From: Adineta vaga
Taxonomy: Eukaryota > Animalia > Rotifera
DNA: 64,000 nucleotides
Direction of reading: 5' to 3'
NCBI GenBank assembly: GCA_021613535.1
Contig: CP075493.1
Coordinates: 15,562,001-15,626,000 of the forward strand
A program made the position numbers and the translations under genes. A model generated the notes under the pieces. That model saw nothing but the letters and a program-made list of their open reading frames with translations, was not told the origin of the DNA and made no database searches. The stretch's first letter is position 1. Every line of letters begins with the position of its first letter. Shown here piece after piece: positions 49,240 to 61,100 of the stretch.

Positions 49240-49890
49240 TACTCGGTTTTTTTTCGTTCTTAGTATCAAGTAATAATATAATTTTCTTTTGAAAAAACAG
49301 AGATATAGTTTGATATTGATGTAATATCCTTGTTCTTTGTATAACATTCGACAATAGAATCAGATAAAGATTTGTTTTTGAAATTATTATTGTGAAGAAA
49401 AGAAGAAAAAATTAAATTTTTGCTAATGTTTCAAGATTAAAACTTCGTTAAATGACGCATAACATTATAAAATATGTTCTTATTATAATATAGGAAAGGA
49501 GTAATGATTTCGCAAGAACAAAGGTGAGAATGTGGCTGTGAATTGTGAGGATATCTCTAATCGTGTCTTCAAAAAGTAATTGGTAGTAGTAGGATTCGAA
49601 CCCACGAAAGAACAGTGCTTGAAACTGCCGCCATAGACCGCTCGGCCATACTACCGAAAGATGTAGTGAGAACATAAGATTCTGTTCTGTTTCTTTTCAT
49701 AATCAATCATGCAATAACTCTCACTTATTGCATCATACATCAAGAAACAGTAACAATGTGATGTCATTTCATTGAAAGCATAGAAAACATTCTGCACAGC
49801 ATCGATTGTTGATCAAGTGAAAAACAGTAGACTTCAACTCTATGAGATGTAACCTTAACTTCATCGTTTCAGAAAGATACACTTCGCTGA
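49240..49890. repeat. dispersed tRNA-bearing module, copy D
   Basis: Matches 31250-31460 on one side and 42400-42580 on the other. Confidence 0.85.
49581..49655 (-). tRNA. tRNA-Leu(CAA) with a short variable loop
   Basis: Identical to 31564-31638. Confidence 0.78.
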
Positions 49891-50139
49891 TTATGACTGA
49901 TTATAACCAATATTGATCAGTTTAAATAAAAGAAAAGAATTGCACGTATCCAAAACCAACATATACTGAGAGATGAAAATATTCATTCTGCATGTGTTCC
50001 CTCAATAACAATTCATACACAGATATACGTGTTGTTTGTTTGGAAAAGTACATTAACTATGAAATTCTAGACTTCTGAGCAAATATATTTAGATGATGAA
50101 ATGGTTTTAGACTTTGTCTTTTATTAATAAGTATAGAGC

Positions 50140-50188
50140 TGAGGGTGTGACTGAGGGCTTTCTTTCATTTTAACCCACATCCTACCCT
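50140..50188. repeat. telomere-like inverted hairpin element (degenerate)
   Basis: tgagggtgtgactgagggc-tttctttcattttaa-cccacatcctaccct. Confidence 0.65.
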
Positions 50189-50767
50189 TCCAAACAAAAC
50201 TACGTGCTGGTCTAATGTAAGTAAGTAGAACCGATTTACCCTTACACTTTTTGACCTGTAATTCAAGCAGAGTGTGAGAATGTTGTTTTTTCAACAAGTG
50301 AATATATGGAGATGAAGAAAATGTTAACAATAGCTTCAAATAACAAACATATATTTCAATTCTTATCAGTTGCAATTTTTTTGTTCTAACTCAAGTCAAA
50401 TACAGAATCGTTTTCGAATAATTATTGATATTTCATTTCGCAAAATAATAAACGATTTTAAAATTATTTGATATTGTAATTACAATTTTCATAACAAAAA
50501 AAAACCCTTTTTTTTCGTTTCCTGGTTGTCATGTAATTGCACAAAGAAGCGGCATCAGCTGGATGAAGTTAATGAATGGTTTTTTCCTTCCATCTCAACA
50601 TACGAATAACATGACAAAAAAATAGAGAAATGAATAAGCATAAGGATTCCTACTAAATTTATTATCGTATGTAGGAAAATTCCATGTGTTAGATTTATTT
50701 ACAAGCGATATGTTGGAAAAAGATTTTTATTTCGTTTTCAATAATTGTTGAAAGAAGTGAAACAATA

Positions 50768-51376
50768 ATGGCCAAACAAAACTATATGAAACAAAAATCA
50801 ATTCAAGATGCGATGATGATCGATAGTCAAGATTCAAACGAAGAAGATAATCAAACTAGTCTTTTTCAGAATTTTGTGGAATTTGAAATCATCAAACATG
50901 TCAGAGATGTTCCATTTTATCGTATTATTAGCAGACATTTAAATGCAGATGGTGCTAGACATGAATTTATTATCAGAAGAATTGATATTCCATGGTATTG
51001 CGAAGCAGATCGAAGAACTGTTCAGCAAAATCGAACTGTTTTTACTTTTCGTTTTCCTAATTTGGATTTTTCTAACTCTTCGTATGATGGCTTTGAAATA
51101 GATAATAATTCACTCTTCATACCATCGGATGGATATTATCATAGGGTAAATCAATGGTGGGAATTTAGAGGATCAAATTTTTGTCAATATATTCGTAATC
51201 TACTGCCTGGTTTTCAAAGGGAAAATGAAACTTGTCGAACACGAATTTTTATTAACAAAAAGTGGAAACGAACTGATATTGTATTCAATTTTGACACTAC
51301 AAATCGACGAATCATAATGACATTTGAAGATGCTGATCCTAAACGACCAACTCAAAATACAAACTATTGGTATTGA
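50768..51376 (+). CDS. hypothetical protein (202 aa, intronless)
   Basis: ATG-initiated ORF with globular composition; no domain recognised. Confidence 0.55.
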   Translation: MAKQNYMKQKSIQDAMMIDSQDSNEEDNQTSLFQNFVEFEIIKHVRDVPFYRIISRHLNADGARHEFIIRRIDIPWYCEADRRTVQQNRTVFTFRFPNLDFSNSSYDGFEIDNNSLFIPSDGYYHRVNQWWEFRGSNFCQYIRNLLPGFQRENETCRTRIFINKKWKRTDIVFNFDTTNRRIIMTFEDADPKRPTQNTNYWY

Positions 51377-51391
51377 CAAGAAAGAATCAAT

Positions 51392-51434
51392 CTCGAGGGT
51401 GGATGTCTATCGTCTTCACCATATATACCCTCAA
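51392..51434. repeat. telomere-like inverted hairpin element (degenerate), between convergent genes
   Basis: ctcgagggtggatgt-ctatcgtctt-caccatatataccctcaa. Confidence 0.6.
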
Positions 51435-51557
51435 TTCAGCTATATTTCAATTTCATCATTCTACTCAGATTTATAATAAATAGTATTTATCCGTAATAAT
51501 CCTATGCTCATTATCAAGAGAAATTCAAAAAGTGTTGACATGTCTGTAGAAATATTC

Positions 51558-54500
51558 TTAGAATGAAGGAAAACGTTTGCGTATAGTTTGTTGATAACGA
51601 GCGATCGTAGTACGAAATTCTTTTTTATATCCTTTTGATGGTATAACAAATATGATAAAAGTAAGTATGGGTGGCATAAATGAAATAAAATATCCAATAA
51701 GAAACAGCCAAGTATGAGTCATTGTTTTCATACAACCAGTAGTAAATGTAATAATTAAACGTGGTAATGTAAGACAATTTAATAGAGCTGAAGTAATTAA
51801 AAGATGTTTATGTTGTTGAAATTGTTTCATTAAGATTTGTTTATATATGTTTGATTCGTATGAAAAGATGATCGAGAACGTGCAGTTTTTATAATAATAA
51901 TAAAAGCGGAAAATAAATAAATTAAAAATGGAATTGAAAAATGACAAATATCCATTGCTTCATTAAATCGTTGAATATTTGATGAATAAGTAACAATACA
52001 CCAAAGTCTTTGTTCATCATTATTATTTTCATTAATAAGACGTCGATGTAATGGATCAATAATATTTGTTAAAATTGTTAATAAAACAAGAAGAATAATA
52101 ATAAATTTCGATAATTTTCTACTTTTCTTTTCATTAAATCGAACACCTTTTATTGTTGTTATTGCTCGTTGAAATGAAATACAAGCATTTAACCATTGAT
52201 CCATATGAAGACTAATTCGTAATAAATAATCAATAATTCGACATTGAATTAATAAAAAGATTCGATTCGTATTGGAATTGATTTGTACAAATAATAAAAT
52301 AAAGAATTTCAGAAAAAATATTGTTATTGTAAATAAAGTACTTATTGATGAACTATACAAATAAATTCCACAAGCATTTTTAAGTAAAATTTTATTTCGA
52401 AATGTAATTAAAGATAAAATTCCATTAAGAAAACCAATGAATGTCATAAGAATTGTTAATATAAAACTAAATTTAATAATTAATGGTTGATTAAAAAGAT
52501 GAACGTGTGGTCGAATTGAATAACCAATAATTGCATCAAGAAATAAACTATGTTTAGCTGAATTAAATTGACAATATGTTCCGTAAAAACATGTTGGACA
52601 AATACAAATTGATATTTGAGGACATGTTGAACTATCTTGTAAACATTGTCCATGATTTTCGCATTGACTTTGTCCAGCACAATCATATTTTAATGTTGAA
52701 TTAAATTCAAAACAATTTGCTTGTCGTTGATGAGAAAAATCTTGACATAAACAAAAGAAATTTTGATCAAAAAAACATAATAAATTCGGTGAATATTTTA
52801 TTCGACTTATTAAATGTTTCATTAGAAATTTCAGGAAGATATGGACAACGATCAGATGATTGTATTTGTTTTCTTATTATTTGTGATTGATTATAAATAT
52901 CTTGAATTAAAACTAAATAATAATCTTTAAGTGAAAATTCAATAAATACAATATGAAATTTAAGTGACCAATAAATTTCTATTGAACTTCGATCAAATGG
53001 TATTTTTTTAAATAAAATTCCTTTTTCCGGTACAGAACTATATTTAACTTCAAGAAAATGTATGAACATGGTTTCGGGTAATAGAAGATTCTTATCAAAT
53101 GATAAAATCAGTTTATTCGATTGGATTTCACATCGTTCTCCAAAGAAATTCTTTGGACAAAGACATTCAAATTTCTTTGAAGTTGATATATGTTGATTAA
53201 ATGGAATACATTGACCTCCATTTAAACAAGGATTATTTAAATAACAAATATAATCATCAATATAACATCGAGAACCCCATTTATTTATGGGACAAACACA
53301 AATTGAACGATTATTTGCTAATTGACCAAGACATAATGAATCTAATAAACATTGACATTGATATTTTATTGTACAATATTGACCAGACCATCCGGAGTAA
53401 CATTGACAGAATGTTCTTTCTTTTAAATCATTAAAATATCGAATACATTGACCATGAATACATTTATTATCAGAACAACTTTGAAAATTATTTTCATTCG
53501 ATGGAATAGTTAAAACAATTGCAAGTCGTTGAATTGGTAAAAATAGAAATGGAATATCAATGACTAAACTTCCACGATAAGTTAAAGAAAGTTTTTCATA
53601 AATATCAATATGAATTAAATAAATTTTCGATTGATTTTTTGGTCGTATTGAATATAATAAATAAATATTATATTTTGTTTGACAATTTTTCATTGAAAGA
53701 AATGTTATTTGTTCAGAAGAATGAATCATTCGTTCAGTTGTATTTTCCATTAAGGAAATAATAAGAATAAATGATGTTTGCCATGAATCTGGATATGTTT
53801 GAAGTTTTAATGTTAAACTTATTCGTTGATTTTGATATTGACAATGTGAACCGTAATAACTTGGTGGACAAAAACATATTTCATTACTTTTATTAAGATT
53901 TGTTAATAATTTTAAAGGTAAACCACGATTACATCGTCGAGGTTGATAAGTAAGGACGTAATACAATGCAAGAAAATCTACATTACGTTTTCGTTCATAT
54001 ATCTTCATTGGTTTTGATTGACCCAATGAAAAATGAGTAATATCAAGACTAGGTGTAATTTTAAAAAGATTACAATAGAATTTATCTTTTTCTGAATGAA
54101 TAAGAGAATTACTTTCATCACAAGTAAGAGAATAAAATAGACTAGGAGTTGAACTTAATTGACAGAATTGTTCATCGGCACCTGTCTTACAATGTTTGAA
54201 ATCATCACATAAATACGTACGAAATTCAAGATGTACAGAAGAAGAAGAATTATCATTTGCACAATTAAATCCAATGGTATAATGTGTCGTATTAGTTCGA
54301 ATTTTTTGTGATTCATCAATTCCACCTAAACAATCGATTCGTCCATTATTGATTTTCTCTAATGAAAGACACGTCAATTGATTTGTCATTGGTGAAATAC
54401 AAAAATAATCATCTAATGAACAATTATATTCCAATGATAATGATGGATAACAACCAATTTCATCTATTATATTAAAACAATCGAAATAACCATTACAACG

Positions 54501-56284
54501 AGTATAAGTATTATTACATAACCATTCATTACATTCCGTTTCATCCGTATGATTAAGACCATCAATAAGTATAGGATTTAAATCAACAAATCCATTACAA
54601 ATAGTTGGAAATGAAATTAATTCACGAATATGTTTCGATGATAGATGTTCATCATCACAAAAAATAGCTTTATTTCCAAGATTAGATTGACAATGACAAA
54701 GTCTATCTCGAAGTAATTTTCGAGAAATACATCGATTCGTTGTTGGACATTGGAAATGCATTGAAGAAGTTTCATTTGAACAAATTTTACCAAATGAAAT
54801 TTGTACATCTGCATTTTCATCATCATGATAATCACAATCAGCAATAGAATCAAGAAGACGAATATTTGAAATACATTTCAAAGAGTTCAAACATTGATAC
54901 ATCATTGAATGATTACAAAAAGTTAAATTCTTTCGTCGAACTGTATTACAATTAGAAAATAATTTAATCATCGGTTCAATATAGTTATTAAATGTAAGAA
55001 AACCGACTTCTTCAGCTTCGATATTCAACGAAGGAAAATCTTTTATATGACGACAAGATTTGTTTTCAAATTGAATAACATATGCATTTGGATTAACTCC
55101 TCGACAAAGTTCTGAATTATAACATACATATTCAGGATCATATTTTACCTTTTCAAGAACTGTTGTTTTAGTTATAGCTAAATATATATGACCATAGAGA
55201 ATTGGTACAGATGGTAAGAAAAACATCTCAGGACAATGTTTTTCGATTTCACTTGGACATCTTCCATTCAAACAAATATCATTACAATTTAAACCAAAAG
55301 AAGATCCAAATTGATATAACATTTCAATGTGTTCCAACAGATGTCAGACATTGTACTTGGCTTAATTGAAAACATAAAATGCCACATAACAGTCAATCGA
55401 TACATTTTACATGGAAAATTACCCATTGTAAAAATAAATTTATTATCTAAACAAGTAATATCTTCACGACGAATTGTTGGCTCATAGAGAAGAGATTCTC
55501 TGTATTGAATCAATGGAGTTTGTCCATAATCTCCATATATATCTGATTCATCAAGACATTCTGCTCCGTATATTCCATCATCAAGATATATTAACGGAAT
55601 ACATTGTCCATCTCGACATCGATATTCATTTTCATTACATTGATTTATTTCTAATTGCCAACAATGTTCTTCATCATTTCCATCAATACATTGTACATAT
55701 CCATCACAAATATTGATCCAATCTAAACAAAGTAATGATGAACCAAGATTACATTCTAAATGAACATAACATGTTCGATCATCTGATGTAAATGTTATAT
55801 TCAAATAATAATCATATATAATATCATTCAAAGATAAATGATGATTTGATTTATAATGATTAACAAATGAATATTGACAAAATGAACCAAATTGTGGTAA
55901 AGTACAATTATAAAATCTTGTTTTAGATAATGATGATGATGATGTTGGTAATTGATTTAAATAAATTTCATAAGATTCAATTATATCTAATGGTGTTGAC
56001 CAAAGATATAATTGATAACTCGTTATATTCATTTTTGAAAGTTGATCAAAAGTAAATTGGTTTTCATTTTGAATATTTGATATTGTTATCCATTCTCCAA
56101 GACAATAGGATATGATCTCATAAGATTGTTCTTCAAAACCAATTGAAGAAGTTACATGAAGACAATCATGTTGAAAATCATTATTTATATTTGACTATTC
56201 TGTTAAATCAAGATTAATTTCGATAGAAGAAAATACAATGAAATATTTGTACATTAGAGAGAACAACGCTTTTCTCACTAACAT
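51558..56284 (-). pseudogene. LDL-receptor class A / EGF repeat-containing 7TM (GPCR-like) gene, disrupted
   Basis: LDLa (CLDWINICDGYVQCIDGNDEEHC), EGF (CIHGQC...CQCYSGWSGQYC) and rhodopsin-like TM segments (GFLNGILS, WLNACISFQRA) split over four overlapping ORFs in different frames without evident introns; early in-frame TAG near 56200. Confidence 0.8.
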
Positions 56285-56465
56285 GATCAATGTATGATAT
56301 GAAGAAGAAGAAAAAAAACACGTTCAAATAGTTCATCTATATTTAAGAAATCTACGTTATCAATCATATTAGAACGAAGTATGCAGAACGTGCTGCTTGT
56401 CATTTACATTATTAGAATATGATTTTATTTCATTGTAATAAAATGATGTGAAAAGAAAAAAAAGA

Positions 56466-57788
56466 TTAGTTTTTGATGAATTGTTTAATGGCATTGACAA
56501 GTTGCTGGCGTGTTTTTAAAACTCCAGTATTTGGATATGATGTTCCACGAGCAGATGGATCATGAAAATAAGATGCATAAAATCTATCTTGTCTTATAAC
56601 AGGTTCAAAATAAGTACTTCTTGCCATTGGAAGAAGATAACGATAAGGTTTTGTTGTTGAAAAGTCTTCATTGGCTACAACAGCTGCTTGCATTCGTGGT
56701 GAGGCCATAAATTTAACAAAAGCTTGTGCAGCAGTTAATTTTTCTGGTGATAAATTACGTCGAAAAACATAAGCATCATTAAAGAAAGATGGTTTATAAG
56801 TTGAATCACCGAATGGTATTGGTTGTATTTTAATTTCTTGAGGATTTGATAGTAAACCATATTTTAGAATATAGAAAAGTCTTTCCGAATAACCAAACAT
56901 AGCTGGACTATGTTTATTACCAAATAATTCAGCTGGTAATTCTACATCTTTTTTAAATGTTCCATCAAGACAAGGATTTGTTCTCCAAAAAAGATCACAA
57001 AGTCGTGCAAATTTCTTCATTGGTTTAAATGAAAGATATTCATATCCATGAAGAGCTTCAGCTTCCGCACGAGATGTCAACATTGATTGATCTCGATGAG
57101 AATCCATCCAAAGAGCTGTCATAGTCCAACTTGAATCTAAATTTCCCACCAGACGAAATGGTTGACCTGCACCTGTTTTATTCACATATTTTTCCAATTC
57201 TTCTAACGTATGAATTGGATTCATATTTGTTACATCACCATGTGTAAAGAGAAAAAATGCACACATTATATGAGGATAAGCATATGTAGCTTGATTAACT
57301 TGCACAGCTGAATAAGCAGCTGGATGCCAATCATATGTTTCTGTACTTGGATATGTATAATTAACTTGAGGACTAACAAGACCAATATCAACAAGATCAC
57401 CAAGAACTAATGTATCAATTTCTACGACATCATATCCTGATTCATTTGGTTGAAGAAGATTTGAAAGAAATGTTAAATCATAAAAATCATCATTGGTATT
57501 CATTTGATGAAAATTAAGACGAATTTTTGGATAAACTTTTTTAAATTCATCACGAATGAATTGCAATAAATGTGCATTATTTCCATTATATGGATCAGGT
57601 ATATATGGGAATGGTGCCACTTTTAAAATTGTTTCATCAGGCAATGCTTTTTCATCAAATAATTCGTCGTTAGTAGGAACATTTTCAATAATCGACGATT
57701 GTTTTGAATAACTTTTCATTTCGACACTATTTCCATAATTGATTAACAAAATAATTATTATCAATCCAATAAAATATTTCTTATCCAT
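56466..57788 (-). CDS. secreted thiaminase I (thiamine pyridinylase)-like protein
   Basis: Signal peptide; LKVAPFPYIPD, YDVVEIDT, YAYPHIMCAFFLF (catalytic Cys position) and FGYSERL (catalytic Glu position) correspond to the thiaminase I motifs LKVAIYPYVPD, YGLPQILC and GYSE; intronless. Confidence 0.8.
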   Translation of the reverse strand: MDKKYFIGLIIIILLINYGNSVEMKSYSKQSSIIENVPTNDELFDEKALPDETILKVAPFPYIPDPYNGNNAHLLQFIRDEFKKVYPKIRLNFHQMNTNDDFYDLTFLSNLLQPNESGYDVVEIDTLVLGDLVDIGLVSPQVNYTYPSTETYDWHPAAYSAVQVNQATYAYPHIMCAFFLFTHGDVTNMNPIHTLEELEKYVNKTGAGQPFRLVGNLDSSWTMTALWMDSHRDQSMLTSRAEAEALHGYEYLSFKPMKKFARLCDLFWRTNPCLDGTFKKDVELPAELFGNKHSPAMFGYSERLFYILKYGLLSNPQEIKIQPIPFGDSTYKPSFFNDAYVFRRNLSPEKLTAAQAFVKFMASPRMQAAVVANEDFSTTKPYRYLLPMARSTYFEPVIRQDRFYASYFHDPSARGTSYPNTGVLKTRQQLVNAIKQFIKN

Positions 57789-58133
57789 ATTTGGTATTCG
57801 ACGCTAATATCAACACACTTTTGAATCAAACGAATGCTCTGGATATTCAGACTCTCTCTCTGTCTGTCTGTATATATATAGCTTAATTTCAAGTATAAAT
57901 ATAATCATAATAATAAAAAATACACTTGAAAAACATTAATAATAGTTTAAAGATTCTTTTTTTAGATACTTTAGATATAAGTATGTCAATTTTATTTAAT
58001 CGATATCGTAAATTTTATCTTTCAAAATAATCGTAATTCTTCGTTGCTTTATTCAATGAAAAGATAAAATACCTTCGATATGATATTTATATATTTTTAA
58101 ATATATTAGAAAAGAGAAAAAAACAATCGATTT

Positions 58134-61100
58134 TCATTTCTTGCAAATATTTGTATAAACAGATAATTCATTGGATACACCATTTGTAACAATAAGATTT
58201 AATTTTCCTTTATTACCAAGATAACCTGATGCAATAGAATTCGGTGAATTTCCACTTATGTATGTTATAGCAGTTTCAAATGTTCCATCACCTCGTCCAA
58301 GCAATACACTAATGCTACTATCAGCTGTATTTACGATACTTAAATCAAGTTTACCATCATTATTATAATCGTCAGCAATTATAGCACCAGGCCACAGACC
58401 AACTGTGTAATTCATGAGGTTTCGAAATGTTGCATCACCATTTCCAAGGAATATACTCACACTATTATCATTTTTGTTCGTTACCGCTAAATCTTGTTTA
58501 CCATCATTATTAAAATCATTGGATGCTACAGCAATTGGCCAAATACCAGTCGTGTAATTCTTTTGAGTTGGAAAATGTCCAGTCCCATCACCAAATAATA
58601 TGGTAAAAACATTATCATAAGGATTGGTTACTACAATGTCTAATTTATAATCACCATTAAAATCACCAGATCTCACCGAAGATGGTTTACGACCAGCTGG
58701 ATAAAATGTTCCATTCTTTAAAATGTCATCTTTATCACCAAGAAATATACTGATTGTAGTATCATCAGAATTAGCAACGATTACATCTAATCGATTATCA
58801 TTATTCAAATCCACGGATGTCAATGCTCCTGGACAACTACCAACCATATAATCTTTTGATCTTTGAAAAAATCCATTTCCGCTATTCAGCAATATACTGA
58901 TGGAATTTCCAAAAGAATTTGCTATTATTAGATCTGCTTTCGTATCATTATTAAAATTACCCGATATTACAGAACGTGGATATGCACCAATAAAATAACT
59001 CATAGGACTTAGAAATGTATTATTTCCAATACCGAGTAGAATACTAACAGTGTTATCACCATAATTAGTCACTGCTAAATCTGGTTTTTTATCATTATTA
59101 AAATCAGTTATGTGTACAGTCCATGGTAGATGACCAACTATATAACTATTTAATTCAAACCCGCCATTTTCGTGACCAAATAATGCGATAATATAATTGC
59201 TATCGTCACGACCAACTACGAGATCAAGATAACCATCAAGATTCAAATCAAATGAGGTTACAGATAATGGAAAGAGACCAACGTAATAATCCCAATAACC
59301 TATAAAACTTCCATTGCCATTTCCAAACAGAATCTTAACGATAGCGTCATTATAAATAACCACTGCTAAATCAAGATAATTATCATCGTTAAAATTACCA
59401 GATGCGATCGATAGTGCACCACCATTGGTGGGATAGTTTAGTGGATTCTGAAAAGTACCATCGCCATTTCCACATAATATACTGATTTGATTATCACCTC
59501 GATTTGCCACGGCAAGATCTAGTTTATTGTCATTATTAAAATTACCTACTGTTATAAAAACTGGATAATTGCTGGCCCTATAGATGTTGACAAGTTGAAA
59601 ATTTCCATTTGCGTTACCAAGTAAAATACTGATACTGTTATCATCGGCGTTGGCTACTGCTAAATCTAATATACTATTATTATCGAAATCAGCTGCTATG
59701 ACAAATTGTGGTGAATGACCAACTTTATAAGTTATATAAGGCTGAAAAGTTCCATCTCCATTTCCAAATATAACAAGAATCTGATTATTGATAGAATCGG
59801 TTACTATTATATCAAGATTTGCATCATCATTAAAGTGCCCAGATATCACGGAAGATGGCCAATTACTAAGCGTATAATTTATCAAATTATGAAAAAGACC
59901 GTTACCTTCACCAAACATTATGATAATAACATAATCAATAGAATTAGATACAACAATATCCAGATTACCATCTTTATCAAAATCTCCTGATATTACAGAA
60001 GATGGCATTCGACCAGCTTTATATGTTCCAGGAATTTCAAGAGAACCATCTTCTTGTCCAAGGAATAAACTGACAGTATTATCAGTAGCTACAACTGCCA
60101 CGTCGAATTGTTTTTCATTTGTAAAATGACCAAACGTTACAGACGTTGGTCGATATCGAGTCGAATAGCGAATTGGTGCTTGAAAAGGATTATCACATAC
60201 ATCTTCTGAAAACATAAGATTAATAAGTATTGCAATACTCATCAGAAATTAAATCTTTAACCTGATAATTTGTTCTTTGATCTTGTTGCTAAAACTGATG
60301 CAAGAATAATTCCACCAATAATTAAAGCAAATAAAAGACAAAGTGGAATATCATATCGTTTCTTTCGATACCATTGACGACTAAGGAAACATTTCTTAGA
60401 GTAAATTACACAAAAAAAAACAGATTCAACTTACACTATTTTTGGATAAACATTCGCTCCTAAAATAAAACATCAAGAATAATTGATAAATTGAAATTTC
60501 TTTCTTTTACCTTCAAATGGAGGTTTCAGTAAAACTTGTTCCGACTTAATTTGTTTCAAATGAATAATATAAAGATCCGATGCTGGACTGAATTGTGATT
60601 GAACAATCATTTGAGTATTTGGTAAGAGAAGAACTTCATTTTCAGTAACAAAATGTGAATGATTTTGAATAGTTCGACCATTAAATGCTTCAACAGAGAA
60701 CAATGTTCGATGTCCATCTTTTCCCAAGTAAATATTATTTTCCAAAACAAGAGTTTCTGTTGTACATGATGAAAATGCTGACCATGTTACTTGTTTTCCA
60801 GATGGAAAATTTTGACTTAAATTCTTTGTCACTCCTCTCCAAACTGTCAAAGGTGGAACACAAGGTAATTTAACAAGAGCAGTTAAGAATAATTTCAAAT
60901 ATTTATAATATGGTTGAAGAAGTTCTTGATTATTACTTTTTAATGTTCGATTGAGCATTCGATAAAAACTTGGATGAGGTTTAATCCATTCAATTGTATA
61001 AAGACGAATTGCTGCACTTTCATCAATTGTTAATCCATCTGGTGGTTGTTCAGGTGTTTCATCAAGTGCCATTTTAACATATTTTGCTAGATCATGAATG

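Noticed and set aside
26269-49655. Reading the tRNAs as opal (TCA) or ochre (TTA) suppressors that would explain the in-frame stops
   Set aside because: The 5-bp anticodon stem (GCAGT/ACTGY) fixes a 7-nt loop with CAA or TAA at positions 34-36; shifting by one base breaks the stem. The disrupted genes also carry TAA, TAG and frameshifts, and intact genes end in TGA, TAA and TAG.
31482-49675. Repeated small ORFs MFSLHLSVVWPSGLWRQFQ... (31482, 42232, 49448) and MLKTAAIDRSA... (26303)
   Set aside because: They are translations of the tRNA genes and their duplicated flanks.
505-51434. CRISPR-like repeat-spacer array
   Set aside because: The hairpins are dispersed kilobases apart and inverted rather than tandem direct repeats; no cas genes; eukaryotic context.
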